Positions 28,845 through 39,783 are shown, numbered from the stretch's first letter. The stretch: 56,364 nucleotides of DNA from Lawsonibacter sp. (GCA_045591745.1 JAZNTL010000120.1:1-56364), one strand, 5' to 3'. Translations and numbers: made by a program. The notes: generated from the letters alone by a model not told the origin.

Positions 28845-30209
28845 TCAACCAATAAGCACTTCCACCGTAGGATAGCGCAGCTTTTCGGCCCCCTGTCGTC
28901 GGGCCATAAATGCCACCGAGAAGGACAGGATACCAACTCTTCCCATATACATAAACAAAATGATCAGTAAACTGCCTGCAGCACTCAAGCCGGGGGTCGC
29001 CCCCATTGACAGGCCCACCGTTCCAAGCGCCGAGGCCGCCTCATAGGCGGCGGGAATGAAAGGCATTCCTTCTGTCATAGACAGCACCATGGCCCCGCTC
29101 ACAAACAGGATGCTGACCGTCAGGCTCAGTGTCATGGCATCCAGCACCCGGCGTGCAGAAATGGTGCGGCCGCAGAGGACCACCCGCTCTCTGCCCCGGA
29201 GACTGTCCCACAGAGCTATAAGCAGCACACCCACCGTAACCGTCTTCAATCCGCCGGCCGTAGAGCCGGAAGATCCACCGACGAGCATGAGGATCGTGGA
29301 AAAGACCGCGCCGCTCTCACTCAGCGCCCCCTGATCCAGCGTAGCAAAACCCGCGGTACGCAGGGTCACGGATTGGAACAGGGCATTGAGCACCTTTTCG
29401 CCCCCGGTCATCGCTCCCAATGTGGCGGGATTGTCCCCCTCCATCCACAAGAAAAACACCGTGCCGCATACGATCAGACCTGCAGTGATGGTAAGCACCA
29501 GCTTGGAGTACAGGGAAAGCTTGTCCCATCGTCTTTTTTCTATGATGTCTTCCCAGACGAAAAAGCCCAAACCGCCGACAACGATCAGGACCACGATGGT
29601 CAGCAGTACCACGGGGTCGTTCCTAAACGCAACCAAACTGGAGTATTCACCGCTGTACTCTCCCATCAGGTCAAAACCACCGTTACAGAAAGCGGATACA
29701 CTGTGGAACAGGGAAAACCAAATTCCTCTCCCCCAGCCAAACACCGGTATAAAGCGGGTACTCAGTATCAGTGCTCCTGCACCTTCGAAAAGGAATGTGC
29801 CAGCGAGCGCATGGCGCACTACCCGCACCGCTCCGGCGGTAGTTGGCAGATTCAGTGCGGAGGCCATCACCATTCGCTGAGACAGTCCGATACGACTGCC
29901 CAACGCAAAGGACACCAGCGACAACAGGGTCACAAAACCCAGACCCCCCAGCTGGATCAGCATCAAGAGCACCGCTTGCCCATAGCCACTCCAATGCAGA
30001 AAGGTGTCCACCTGCACCAGTCCGGTCACACAGGTGGCAGAGGTGGCGGTGAACAGACAGGTCAACCAAGATGTTGCCTGACCGCTGCGCACCGCAAAAG
30101 GCAGGCGGAGCAACAGCGTTCCCAGCAGGATCACCGCTGCAAATCCCACTGCGATCATCCGTGTAGGATTCCAAGCTTTTTTCCCCAATACCTTAGCAAT
30201 CAGTCTCAC
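28845..30209 (-). CDS. TrkH/KtrB family K+ uptake membrane subunit
   Basis: TSATCVTGL, SAFCNGGF, RTAGF, GSTAGGLK, GTVGLS, GRVG. Confidence 0.93.
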   Translation of the reverse strand: MRLIAKVLGKKAWNPTRMIAVGFAAVILLGTLLLRLPFAVRSGQATSWLTCLFTATSATCVTGLVQVDTFLHWSGYGQAVLLMLIQLGGLGFVTLLSLVSFALGSRIGLSQRMVMASALNLPTTAGAVRVVRHALAGTFLFEGAGALILSTRFIPVFGWGRGIWFSLFHSVSAFCNGGFDLMGEYSGEYSSLVAFRNDPVVLLTIVVLIVVGGLGFFVWEDIIEKRRWDKLSLYSKLVLTITAGLIVCGTVFFLWMEGDNPATLGAMTGGEKVLNALFQSVTLRTAGFATLDQGALSESGAVFSTILMLVGGSSGSTAGGLKTVTVGVLLIALWDSLRGRERVVLCGRTISARRVLDAMTLSLTVSILFVSGAMVLSMTEGMPFIPAAYEAASALGTVGLSMGATPGLSAAGSLLIILFMYMGRVGILSFSVAFMARRQGAEKLRYPTVEVLIG

Positions 30210-30346
30210 AAAGCCCACCTCCGTCCGCTCAGCAGTCTTCCAATCGCTTATATGGTAAAGCCATATAAGGGCGCTTGTCAAGCAAAATGCGTTTATACAT
30301 TATAATAAAGAATTGCACTTGTCAAGGGTTTCTTTTGGGCGCAAGC

Positions 30347-30386
30347 AAAAGCCTGTGTATCCGCATGCGGATACACAGGCTTTTTT
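30347..30386 (-). terminator. Terminator
   Basis: aaaagcctgtgtatccgcatgcggatacacaggctttt is a perfect inverted repeat. Confidence 0.7.
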
Positions 30387-31278
30387 AGTGATGGTGATGG
30401 TGGTGATGTCCTGCCACCAGCTGAACATCCACATGACAGTGCGCTTCATGGCAGTGCTCGTTTTCCGCTTCCAGCTCCAGTGTCGCGTGACCGATACCAT
30501 GTTCCCGTAGTTCCTCACGGATCGCCTCCTTAATTTGGTGCGAGTCGGAATTTGTCACAACGTGCATGGTTGCATAGTTGTTTTGCCCGTCCATGCTCCA
30601 AATATGGATGTGATGAACGTCAAGGACTCCGTCGATGGCAGAAACATGCTCTTTGATCTGCCCCACATCAATACCGTGCGGTATTTTTTCAAGGAAGGTA
30701 TCAAGGCCCTCCTTCAGGTTGCTCACCGCATTCACAAGAATAAATACCGACACTCCAATGGACATGAGCGGGTCGAGCCACACAAAATCGGTAAATCGCA
30801 TTACAATGGCACCAACCAGCACCACCGCCCAACCCAGCACATCTTCCAGCATATGCAAATTGACCGCCTTCTGGTTCAGTGAGCCGCCCTCACGGGTAAC
30901 GAAAGCCGCCCCAAAATTCACACAAACACCGACCAGCGCAAAAACGATCATGCCGTCATAATGGATCGGCGCAGGCTCGATCAATCTGCCGACTGCGTTA
31001 CAGATCACCAAAACAGAACCGAGCAAAAGGATCAGCGTGGTGATCATGCTGCCGATCACCGAGTATCTGGCATACCCGTAAGTATAGGTTTCATCGGGCT
31101 GCCGCTTGCTTTTCTTTTCCAGAAAATAAGACAGCCCGATACTGGCCGCGTCCCCAAGATCGTGCACCGCATCGGATGCAATGGCCACGCTGCCGGTCAG
31201 CATCCCGCCCACAAACTCAAAAACGGAAAAGGCAAGATTTAATACGAATGCGATTAGAATGTTCTTCTCAGTTTTCAT
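30385..31278 (-). CDS. Cation diffusion facilitator (CzcD-like Zn/Co/Cd exporter)
   Basis: SDAVHDLGD, YTYGYARYS, HMLEDVLGW, HHIHIWS and a His-rich C-terminus. Confidence 0.92.
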   Translation of the reverse strand: MKTEKNILIAFVLNLAFSVFEFVGGMLTGSVAIASDAVHDLGDAASIGLSYFLEKKSKRQPDETYTYGYARYSVIGSMITTLILLLGSVLVICNAVGRLIEPAPIHYDGMIVFALVGVCVNFGAAFVTREGGSLNQKAVNLHMLEDVLGWAVVLVGAIVMRFTDFVWLDPLMSIGVSVFILVNAVSNLKEGLDTFLEKIPHGIDVGQIKEHVSAIDGVLDVHHIHIWSMDGQNNYATMHVVTNSDSHQIKEAIREELREHGIGHATLELEAENEHCHEAHCHVDVQLVAGHHHHHHH

Positions 31279-31353
31279 ACAGTCCTCCCAAGCTGCGGTT
31301 TTACCTATGAAATCACCCAAGACATCTTAGATGCCTTGGGCGATTATAACCTA

Positions 31354-32859
31354 TTAGTCCAGCGGCTTCATAGTGGGGAACAGGATGACCTCGCGGATGG
31401 TGTCCTGGCCGGTAAGCAGCATGACGCAGCGGTCGATGCCCATGCCCATGCCGCCCGTGGGAGGCATGCCGTATTCCAGCGCGGTGAGGAAATCCTCGTC
31501 CATCATCTCCGTCTCGTCGTCGCCACGCTCGCGCTGCTCCACCTGCTTCTGGAAGCGGGCACGCTGATCGATGGGGTCGTTCAGCTCGGAGTAGGCATTG
31601 GCCAGCTCGCTGTGGCAGATGAACAGCTCAAAGCGCTCGGTCAGGCGGGGATCAACGGGAGAGCGCTTGGTCAGCGGAGAGACCTCCACAGGGTACATGG
31701 TGATAAAGGTAGGCTGGATCAGCTTCTCCTCTACCCGCTGGTCGAAGCAGGCGTACAGGGCGTTGCCCCAGGTCTTTTCCGCGGCATCCGCCAGCTCCAC
31801 GCCGATGGCCTTGGCAGCGGCAACCGCCTCGGCATCGTCGGGAATGGCACCAAAGTCGATGCCCACGTACTCCTTGACCGCGTCCACCATGGTCAGGCGG
31901 CGCCAGCCGGGGGTCAGGTCGATCTTCTCGCCCATCCACTCCACTTCATAGGTGCCCAGGATCTCCTTGGCCGCGCCGGAGAGAATGCCCTCGGCAATGT
32001 CCATCATATCATGGAAGTCGGCATAAGCCTGATACAGCTCCACGGTGGTGAACTCGGGATTGTGCTTGGGGTCCATACCCTCGTTTCGGAAAATGCGGCC
32101 GATCTCGTACACACGCTCCATGCCGCCCACAATGAGCCGCTTCAGGGGCAGCTCGGTGGCAATGCGCATGTACATGTCGATGTCCAGCGTATTGTGGTGG
32201 GTGATGAAGGGCCGGGCGGAGGCACCGCCGGCAATGGTGTTCAGAACGGGGGTCTCCACCTCGATATAGTCCATGTTGTCCAGATAGTTGCGCATGAACT
32301 TGATAAACTGAGAGCGGATGACAAAATTACGCTTCACATCGGGGTTGACCATCAGGTCCACGTAGCGCTGACGGAAACGCAGCTCGGTGCTGGTCAGGCC
32401 GTGGAACTTCTCAGGCAGGGGGAGCAGGTTCTTGGACAGCAGGGTAACGTCCTTCACCCGCACGGACATCTCGCCGCGCTGGGTGCGAAACACCTCGCCC
32501 TTGATGCCCACGATGTCGCCGATGTCGTACTTTTTAAAGCGGTTATAGACTGCTTCGTCCATGTCGTCCTTACGGGCATAGATCTGAATGCGGCCGGACT
32601 TATCCTGCAGGTCGCAGAAGGACACCTTGCCCATGCCGCGCTTGGACATGAGGCGGCCGGCGATGGACACGTCGCTGCCCTCCAGAGCGTCAAAGTTTTC
32701 CTTGATGTTGGCAGAGTGGTTATCCACCTCGTACTTGGTGATCTGGAAGGGGTCGTTTCCGCTTTCCTGCAGCTCCTTGAGCTTGTCGCGGCGGATCTGA
32801 AGCAGCTGGCTCAGGTTCATCTCCGGCTGCTGGTTCTGGTTGTTCTTCTGTTCAGCCAT
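31354..32859 (-). CDS. lysS: Lysine--tRNA ligase
   Basis: FRQRYVDL, GGASARPF, FRNEG, HNPEFT, EYGMPPTGG. Confidence 0.98.
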   Translation of the reverse strand: MAEQKNNQNQQPEMNLSQLLQIRRDKLKELQESGNDPFQITKYEVDNHSANIKENFDALEGSDVSIAGRLMSKRGMGKVSFCDLQDKSGRIQIYARKDDMDEAVYNRFKKYDIGDIVGIKGEVFRTQRGEMSVRVKDVTLLSKNLLPLPEKFHGLTSTELRFRQRYVDLMVNPDVKRNFVIRSQFIKFMRNYLDNMDYIEVETPVLNTIAGGASARPFITHHNTLDIDMYMRIATELPLKRLIVGGMERVYEIGRIFRNEGMDPKHNPEFTTVELYQAYADFHDMMDIAEGILSGAAKEILGTYEVEWMGEKIDLTPGWRRLTMVDAVKEYVGIDFGAIPDDAEAVAAAKAIGVELADAAEKTWGNALYACFDQRVEEKLIQPTFITMYPVEVSPLTKRSPVDPRLTERFELFICHSELANAYSELNDPIDQRARFQKQVEQRERGDDETEMMDEDFLTALEYGMPPTGGMGMGIDRCVMLLTGQDTIREVILFPTMKPLD

Positions 32860-32879
32860 TGTGCAAACTCCTATCTGTC

Positions 32880-33350
32880 TTACTTCTCCACGCTGATGAT
32901 CTTGTACTCCACAGCGCCGCCGGGAGCATCTACCACCACGTCCTCACCCGCGGTCTTGCCCAGCAGAGCCTTGCCAAAGGGAGAATCCTCGGAGATGGCA
33001 CCGTTCATGGGGTCGGCTTCCTGAGAACCAACAATCTTATATGTGGTCTCCTCGTCAAACTCTTTGTCCAGCACCTTCACGGTGCAGCCAAGGCGAACGT
33101 AGTCGCCCTCAGTCTCTTCTTCGATGACCACGTAGTTGGACAGGATCTCGTCCAGCTGGGCAATGCGGGAATAGAGCTTGCCCTGCTCGTTCTTGGCCTC
33201 GTCGTATTCGCTGTTCTCAGACAGGTCACCAAAGGATCGGGCCTCCTTGATCAGCTCGGCCACTTCCTTCTCCCGGACGGTTTTCAGGTAGGTCATTTCC
33301 TCCTGCAGTTCCTTCAGCCGCGCGGGGCTGAGCTTGTATGCCTTAGCCAT
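32880..33350 (-). CDS. greA: Transcription elongation factor GreA
   Basis: ARSFGDLSENSEY, ISEDSPFGKALLG. Confidence 0.96.
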   Translation of the reverse strand: MAKAYKLSPARLKELQEEMTYLKTVREKEVAELIKEARSFGDLSENSEYDEAKNEQGKLYSRIAQLDEILSNYVVIEEETEGDYVRLGCTVKVLDKEFDEETTYKIVGSQEADPMNGAISEDSPFGKALLGKTAGEDVVVDAPGGAVEYKIISVEK

Positions 33351-33441
33351 AATCGTTGCACACCTTTCCCGCCGCACCCGCCTTTCGGGTCGGCTATATA
33401 CATTATAATAAAGAAATGGGCATGAGTATAGAGCGTGACAC

Positions 33442-33470
33442 ATTATAGACTGTTTGTCACCGGATGTCAA
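33442..33470 (-). promoter_or_regulatory. Consensus sigma-A promoter of greA-lysS
   Basis: TTGACA-N17-TATAAT, an exact consensus match. Confidence 0.8.
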
Positions 33471-33475
33471 GAAAT

Positions 33476-34153
33476 TTATTGTAAACTCGCACCGTTTTTA
33501 TCACATACAAACAAATCTGACGCATTTATTTTCCCCGCTTGCCACAGGGCACTGAGCACAGGCACCGCTTCTACCTGCTCCGGCAGGCAAATCCCCGGCA
33601 ACTCCAACTTCAGTCCCAACAGTTCCGGTTTGCCGCACAACACCAATTCACCGGGTCGTGATGCACCGCTGAACCGCACGCACACATCCGCCTGTCCGCC
33701 GATTCCCACCGGCGCACCAAATTCCCAGTAAAGCTCCCGGGCCAGCCGTTCCCCACCATATCCCACCTCCAGCAGCAACGTACGCACACGGGGACAAAGC
33801 AACCGGGCTGTTCGGGCCAGGTCTGCGTCCACCTGTTCCCCCGCCAGTGCCACTGTCGCACAACAAGGTTCCTTTTCCCCGCGTTTCAACACCGCCAGAA
33901 CGATTCTGTCTGCAATAGCACGGTACAGTGGCAGCGGGTCTGCTTCGGGCAAAGACGGTTTCCACCCCGGCGCATCCCGCAAAGGCAGAAGCCGCCGCAC
34001 ACCCTGTCGAAGCAGCAAATGCTCTGCCCGAGCCAATCTGTGCTTTTCCCAATATCCACCCAAAGGCACATAGACCCAGAGGACAGGAAGGCCAAGAATT
34101 TCGCGCCGTTCCACCTTTATTCTCCCCTGTCCCGGACACAGCACACCCAGCAT
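33476..34153 (-). CDS. Hypothetical protein
   Basis: GGAG RBS, 225 aa, no recognised motif. Confidence 0.65.
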   Translation of the reverse strand: MLGVLCPGQGRIKVERREILGLPVLWVYVPLGGYWEKHRLARAEHLLLRQGVRRLLPLRDAPGWKPSLPEADPLPLYRAIADRIVLAVLKRGEKEPCCATVALAGEQVDADLARTARLLCPRVRTLLLEVGYGGERLARELYWEFGAPVGIGGQADVCVRFSGASRPGELVLCGKPELLGLKLELPGICLPEQVEAVPVLSALWQAGKINASDLFVCDKNGASLQ

Positions 34154-34242
34154 ACCACTCCCCCTCCTGTTTGTATCAATCTATGCCGTTTGCCCCAAAA
34201 AAGAATGTCCGCTGCTTTGTGCAGCGGACATTCAACACTTTA

Positions 34243-35052
34243 TTAGCCCCAGAATTCAGGGAACAGCAGTTCGCTCCCCACCTTGAGTACAAGGAGGATC
34301 AGCACCACCGCAACCGCGGGGCGCACCAGCTTGCTGCCATTCTTAATGGCAAGGCCTGCCCCGATGTAGTGGCCGACAATAGAAGCCACGGCTGCGATCA
34401 GCCCAACCCGCCAATAGACATACCCGGCCGCCACCGCGGTGACCAGACTGCCCACATTGGACGACAGGTTAATTACCTTCACACCTCCTGCGGCATGGCG
34501 GGTATCCAGCTTTGCTAACCGCACAAAGGTGATCATAAGGAAAGTGCCAGTACCCGGCCCGTAATAACCGTCATAAGCGCCGATGATCAGTGCCGCCGCC
34601 CAGACAATAAGGGCCTGCTTCTTAAATTCCATGGGCTCCGGCTCATCCGGCCAGTCCCGCCCTTTCAGGGTAACGAGAGCTACCACCGGAAGCACCACCA
34701 GCAGCATGTACTTAAGGACCGCATCGGGGGTATGGTGCTGAAGCCACGTCCCCCCCGCCGAGCCCAACAGGGCAAAAGCAACGGAAGGGGCAAACAGCTT
34801 CCACTCCACAAGTCCGTTTTTTACAAACCGGGCGGTGGAAAAGAACGTCCCCACGCAACTGGACAGCTTATTGGCGCCAAAAGCGTAATAAAACGGGAGG
34901 CCGTGAAAGGCCATGAGGTAGGTGGGCAGGGAGATAATGCCCCCGCCCCCGGCGATGGCATCCATAAAACCAGCCAGAAATACGCCCAGACAGATGAGGG
35001 CCACCACCCACAGAGCAAGACCGTCGATGGAAACATCAGTAAGGAAAGACAT
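34243..35052 (-). CDS. TSUP (TauE/SafE) family transporter
   Basis: AGFMDAIAGGGG, GAYDGYYGPGTGTF. Confidence 0.92.
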   Translation of the reverse strand: MSFLTDVSIDGLALWVVALICLGVFLAGFMDAIAGGGGIISLPTYLMAFHGLPFYYAFGANKLSSCVGTFFSTARFVKNGLVEWKLFAPSVAFALLGSAGGTWLQHHTPDAVLKYMLLVVLPVVALVTLKGRDWPDEPEPMEFKKQALIVWAAALIIGAYDGYYGPGTGTFLMITFVRLAKLDTRHAAGGVKVINLSSNVGSLVTAVAAGYVYWRVGLIAAVASIVGHYIGAGLAIKNGSKLVRPAVAVVLILLVLKVGSELLFPEFWG

Positions 35053-35172
35053 GTGCACAGCACCTCACGCAAAGTTATACTTCATTTTATCAAATACAGC
35101 CCGCATTTGCAACCGGGTCACAGAAAAACACCGGCGCGTTTGCGCCGTTGTTTTGAGTGCTGAGTATGAAAT

Positions 35173-37380
35173 TTACTTGGCAATGGCAATTTTCTTGCCC
35201 TGCCACCACTGGATAGCCAGCATGATGACCAGAACGGCGATGCCCGCCACATCGGTGACAGTGCCGGGGATGATGAGGCACAGACCGCCGATCACGCAGA
35301 TGGTGCGCATGATGCCGTTCAGATCCCGGGTCATATAGCCCATCAGACCGGAGGAGATCAGGAACATACCAACAAAGGAGCTGATGACCACCTGAACAAC
35401 CTCAAAAGGCGTGGTATTGATGAACAGCATGGCGTTGTTGAATGCAAAGATATAGGGCACGATAAAGGCAGCAATGGCCAATCGGGTGGCGTTGAACGCC
35501 GTCTTCATGGGAGGTGCCTTGGCAATGGCGGAGCCGGCGTAGGCGGCCAGAGCCACGGGAGGCGTGATGTCGGCCACGATGCCGAAGTAGAACACAAACA
35601 TGTGGGCGGCGATCAGTTCCATCTTCATACCTGTGACCAGGATGGGAGCACAGGTGGTGGCCATGATGACGTAGTTGGCGGTGGTGGGAACGCCCATGCC
35701 CAGCACGATACAGCACAGCATGGTCAGCACCAAGGCAATGATCAGCTCATCACCGGCGATGCCCACGATGGCAGAGATCAGCACCTGACCCAGACCGGTC
35801 ATAGTGACCACGCCGGCGATGATACCCGCGATACCGCAGGCCACAGCCACGGACAGGCAGCTCTTGGCGCCGCCCTCCAGCGCGTCCACGAAGGTGCCCA
35901 GCTGCTTCTGGTTGTCCTTGCTGATAAACAAGGTGAGGACCGTCAGGACCATGTAGACGACCATCATCACGGTGGAGAACTTGACCTCCATGCCGTTGCT
36001 GAGCACGAAACGCACACCCTCAAAGAAGGAGGTTGCGTTCAGTGCAGTGGTGACCTGAGTTTCAAAGAAGGTCAGCACCAGCATGGGCAGCAGGGGGATA
36101 GTCAGCACGATCTTCTTCCACATGGTGGGCTCACGGTTAATGAGACACACGGTGATGGTGTAGAAGATGGAGTACACGGCGGCGGCAGCCATGGTCTTGC
36201 CGTCGATGATCATATAAACCAGAACGATCAGGGGGATGATCAGATATATCTTGGGCAGAATGTCCTTGATCTTGGGCAGGTCCTCCTTGGGCAGACCCTT
36301 CAGCCCCATCTTCTTGGCCTTGAAGTGGACCATAAGGAAGATGCCGGTGAAGTACAGGGCCGCAGGCAGGATGGCGCGGACCAGGATGTAGGAATAGGTG
36401 TTGTTGGTCATCTCCGCCATGAGGAAGGCGGCAGCGCCCATGATGGGGGGCATGATCTGACCGCCGGTGGAGGCGGCAGCCTCAACGGCACCGGCGAATT
36501 CGCCGGGATAGCCCGTCTTCTTCATCAGGGGGATGGTAACGGAACCGGTGGTCACGGTGTTGCCCACGGAGGAGCCGGACACCATGCCGCACAGAGCGGA
36601 GGAGATAACAGCCACCTTGGCGGGACCGCCGGTAGCAGCACCGGCCAGAGCGTTGGCGCAGTCAATGAAGAACGCGGCAATGCCGGTGGCTTCAAGGAAA
36701 GCACCGAAGATGACGAACAGAACGATGTAGGTAGAGCACACACCGATGGGGGTACCAATAACACCGGTAGTGGTATAGAACAGGTTGAACACCACGGAAA
36801 CCAGGGACTTTTCCGCACCGATAAAGGCATACAGCACGAAAGCAGTGGCCACGAAGATGATGGGCAGGCCCACCACGCGGCGGCAGCATTCCACCAGCAC
36901 CAGGATGCCTACGATGCCGAAAATCACCAGCAGGGGGATACCGTCCTTGAAAAGGCCGTCTCCAAAGCCGGGACCAACCAGGAAGCCCTTGTTGATACGG
37001 GAGCCCAGATCAACGATCTTCTCCAGATTGACGCTGTAGAAGAAGAAGCTGAAGGAGCCGGCCGCGGCCAGCAGGATGTCATACCAGGGGACATAGTTGG
37101 CTTTCTTTACCCCACCCTTCTTCATGGGGTAGAACAGGAACACAGCGATAATGACGATGCCCAGGAACAGAGGGCGGCGGAACCGCTCGTCTGAGGTGGC
37201 AAACAGATTCATCCAAATCAGATAGAGCGAAAAGAATGCCATAAGAACCCGCAGGATCATGCCCGGGATACCGGTCCAGACGCGGGTGTTGGACTCGCGG
37301 TCGTACTTCTTCATAATGGCGTCTACGTCAGCAGCGGTGCCAACGTCGACCTGACCGGAAGTGTTGACGACATCAGACAT
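35173..37380 (-). CDS. TRAP transporter fused permease (4TM/12TM, TAXI-associated)
   Basis: GGPAKVAV, EAAASTGGQIMPPIMGAAAF, GMGVPTTANY, DITPPVALAAY. Confidence 0.94.
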   Translation of the reverse strand: MSDVVNTSGQVDVGTAADVDAIMKKYDRESNTRVWTGIPGMILRVLMAFFSLYLIWMNLFATSDERFRRPLFLGIVIIAVFLFYPMKKGGVKKANYVPWYDILLAAAGSFSFFFYSVNLEKIVDLGSRINKGFLVGPGFGDGLFKDGIPLLVIFGIVGILVLVECCRRVVGLPIIFVATAFVLYAFIGAEKSLVSVVFNLFYTTTGVIGTPIGVCSTYIVLFVIFGAFLEATGIAAFFIDCANALAGAATGGPAKVAVISSALCGMVSGSSVGNTVTTGSVTIPLMKKTGYPGEFAGAVEAAASTGGQIMPPIMGAAAFLMAEMTNNTYSYILVRAILPAALYFTGIFLMVHFKAKKMGLKGLPKEDLPKIKDILPKIYLIIPLIVLVYMIIDGKTMAAAAVYSIFYTITVCLINREPTMWKKIVLTIPLLPMLVLTFFETQVTTALNATSFFEGVRFVLSNGMEVKFSTVMMVVYMVLTVLTLFISKDNQKQLGTFVDALEGGAKSCLSVAVACGIAGIIAGVVTMTGLGQVLISAIVGIAGDELIIALVLTMLCCIVLGMGVPTTANYVIMATTCAPILVTGMKMELIAAHMFVFYFGIVADITPPVALAAYAGSAIAKAPPMKTAFNATRLAIAAFIVPYIFAFNNAMLFINTTPFEVVQVVISSFVGMFLISSGLMGYMTRDLNGIMRTICVIGGLCLIIPGTVTDVAGIAVLVIMLAIQWWQGKKIAIAK

Positions 37381-37406
37381 ATATAACTTCCTCCTTCTTT
37401 CTTTTT

Positions 37407-37898
37407 TCAGAACCACAAGAACTCATAGTTAAAGCAGACCTTTGTGTTTTTCCCACACAGTCGGCGCAGATTGACCTGCTGTTCGTTCACCGTAAGGATA
37501 TGGTCATAGAGCGTCCCCACGATATACTGCACGTTGTTGCGCTGCTGATGGATATTGCTCACGATCATAGAGCCGTCCTCCCCATAGCTCAGGGTCTCCC
37601 CCTCGTTGAGCTGGGTCTGGACACCGGCGCCAAAGTGGTAATACACGGTCTCTTCCACATAGATGTCCCCGCCCTGGATCTCGTAAATATCGATCACCGG
37701 GCTGAGGTTCACCGAGTGCTTGAATTCGATGGAAAAGCGGTCTCCCTCCCCCATGGGGTAGCGGGCATACAGCTCTCCCGTGTCACGGTCTTTGACCGTG
37801 AGATAGTGCTTGGGCCAAAAAATACCCATAAAAAGGGTCGCCGCGATAATCAATATTATCGCGGCGACCACCTTTACTCGTCCGCAGGAAATTCGCAC
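37407..37898 (-). CDS. DUF1850-like protein (TAXI-TRAP associated)
   Basis: FSIEFKHSVN..P..D.Y and FGAG motifs; lies between the TAXI receptor and the permease. Confidence 0.8.
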   Translation of the reverse strand: MRISCGRVKVVAAIILIIAATLFMGIFWPKHYLTVKDRDTGELYARYPMGEGDRFSIEFKHSVNLSPVIDIYEIQGGDIYVEETVYYHFGAGVQTQLNEGETLSYGEDGSMIVSNIHQQRNNVQYIVGTLYDHILTVNEQQVNLRRLCGKNTKVCFNYEFLWF

Positions 37899-37907
37899 GA
37901 TGAGAAA

Positions 37908-38903
37908 TTACTCGATGATGCCGATTTCCTTGTAGTACTTCTCAGCGCCGGGATGCAGAGGCACAGTGCCCTTGGCGGCATAGGCGGCATCCAGGTACTC
38001 GAACTTGGCGTGAGCGGCCTTCAGAGAGTCGGCGTTGTCGAACATGGCCTTGAGCAGCTCATACACCACGTCCTCGGACACGTCCTTGGAAGCAACCAGA
38101 GCGGCCTGAACGGCGACGCACTTGGTCTCCTCATCGATACCGGTGTAGGTGCCGGCGGGCAGGTTATCCTGAACCAGGAAGGGGAAGTTCTCGGCGATGT
38201 AGGCCAGAGCCTCATCGGTCAGGGAGATCAGGCTGAACTCGTTGGCAGTGGCCAGGTCGGTGATAGCAGTGGTGGGAGCGCCGGCCACGGTGAAGGCGGC
38301 GTCGATCTTGCCGTCCTTGATGCCGTCCACGCCGTCCTGGAAGGAGCCGGACACGGCATTCACGTCATCAGCGGTCATGCCGTAAGCGGCCAGGACCTGC
38401 TCAGCGTTGATCCAGGTGCCGGAGCCAACGTCGCCCATGCACACGGTCTTGCCGCGCAGCTGGGACACGTCAGTGATGTCGGGGGTGGCGATGATCTGCA
38501 CGGTCTCGTTGTACAGGCCGGCGATCCACAGGGCGTTGTCCTCGGCGCCGGTCTCAGCAAAGGTGTTGGTACCGGTGTGAGCGTAGGAGATAACGTCGGA
38601 CTGCAGGATGGCCATCTCAGCCTCGCCGTCAGTGATCATGTTGACATTGACCTTGGAAGCGCCGGTAGAGGTCACGTTCAGGTCGGACAGAGCCAGCTTC
38701 TCGTTCAGAACGGTCTGCATAGCGCCGCCAACAGCGTAGTAGGTACCGGAAGTACCGCCGGTAGCCAGGGTGATCTTGGCTTCTTCAACAGGGGCTTCGC
38801 CGGAGGCGGAACCGGAGCCGGAAGCAGTTCCGGCAGTGCCGCAAGCGGTCAGGGAGGCCAGCATCATAGCGCCGGCCAGGATCAGCGCGAGTCTCTTCTT
38901 CAT
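37908..38903 (-). CDS. TAXI family TRAP solute-binding lipoprotein
   Basis: Lipobox LTAC, ATGGTSGTYY, STGASKVN, QSD, GSGT, PLHPGAEKYY. Confidence 0.94.
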   Translation of the reverse strand: MKKRLALILAGAMMLASLTACGTAGTASGSGSASGEAPVEEAKITLATGGTSGTYYAVGGAMQTVLNEKLALSDLNVTSTGASKVNVNMITDGEAEMAILQSDVISYAHTGTNTFAETGAEDNALWIAGLYNETVQIIATPDITDVSQLRGKTVCMGDVGSGTWINAEQVLAAYGMTADDVNAVSGSFQDGVDGIKDGKIDAAFTVAGAPTTAITDLATANEFSLISLTDEALAYIAENFPFLVQDNLPAGTYTGIDEETKCVAVQAALVASKDVSEDVVYELLKAMFDNADSLKAAHAKFEYLDAAYAAKGTVPLHPGAEKYYKEIGIIE

Positions 38904-39090
38904 AGTTTGTTCCTCCAATCATATTTTTCCGCTATACATATGTATAACGGAACTGCCCATCAGGCAGTTCTTTCACGAGCCTTATTATAGCACATTCTCA
39001 CAAAAAAGCAACCCACTTTTTGTCGAATTGTTGCATTTGCACAACCCAACACATTTGCGTTAAATTTTTCACGATTTTTTGTTAATCTTT

Positions 39091-39783
39091 TCACATTTTC
39101 TCCTCCATAGCCTCCTCAAGCTTTTTCAGCGCCCTCTTTTCGATACGCGATACATAAGACCGAGAAATACCGCATTTGTCCGCTATTTCCCGCTGAGTGC
39201 GGGGCGGCTTGTCATCCAGTCCGTAGCGCATGGTGATGATGGCCTCCTCCCGGGGCGTCAGGCAGCTGCGCACGCAACGGCGCACCTTGGCACAGGCATC
39301 CCGGGTGTCCAAATCTTCCAGCATGGTATCGTCCACGCTGATCACGTCCATCAGAGACAGGGAATTCCCCTCATTATAGTTATCCAATGTGTCGGACAGT
39401 GACACCTCCCCCTGCAGCTTGCGCTGGGATCGGAAGTGCATTAGAATTTCGTTTTCAATACACCTGCTGCAGTAGGTCGCCAGCTTCACATTTTTGTCCG
39501 GTTTAAACGTGGATATTCCTTTGATAAGGCCGATCGTGCCAATGGAGATCAGATCCTCCTGTTCCCCCGACTGGGCATAGTATTTCTTGATAATGTGTGC
39601 CACCAGACGCAGGTTACGCTCAATGAGCACATTCCGCGCCTCCATGTCTCCCTTCGCCAGCCGCTCCAAATATCGTTTTTCCTCTTCCGGCTTGAGGGGC
39701 TTGGGGAACGACCCTCCACCCCCGGACAGGCGCAGGGTAAAAAACAGACTGTTGCTCAGCAAATAGACCAATGCAGAGAGCAT
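39091..39783 (-). CDS. sigK: RNA polymerase sporulation sigma factor K (pro-sigK)
   Basis: Pro-peptide then SFPKPL, LIERNLRLVAHIIKKY, EDLISIGTIGLIKG, ENEILMHFR, GISRSYVSRIEK. Confidence 0.93.
   Translation of the reverse strand: MLSALVYLLSNSLFFTLRLSGGGGSFPKPLKPEEEKRYLERLAKGDMEARNVLIERNLRLVAHIIKKYYAQSGEQEDLISIGTIGLIKGISTFKPDKNVKLATYCSRCIENEILMHFRSQRKLQGEVSLSDTLDNYNEGNSLSLMDVISVDDTMLEDLDTRDACAKVRRCVRSCLTPREEAIITMRYGLDDKPPRTQREIADKCGISRSYVSRIEKRALKKLEEAMEEKM

Noticed and set aside
30210-30345. c-di-AMP riboswitch upstream of the ktr genes
   Set aside because: The short AT-rich spacer shows only promoter-like TTGACA motifs and no ydaO-type consensus.
39091-39783. skin-like element interrupting sigK
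   Set aside because: sigK is continuous from region 2 to region 4, and the serine recombinases are about 14 kb away beside a split tRNA.
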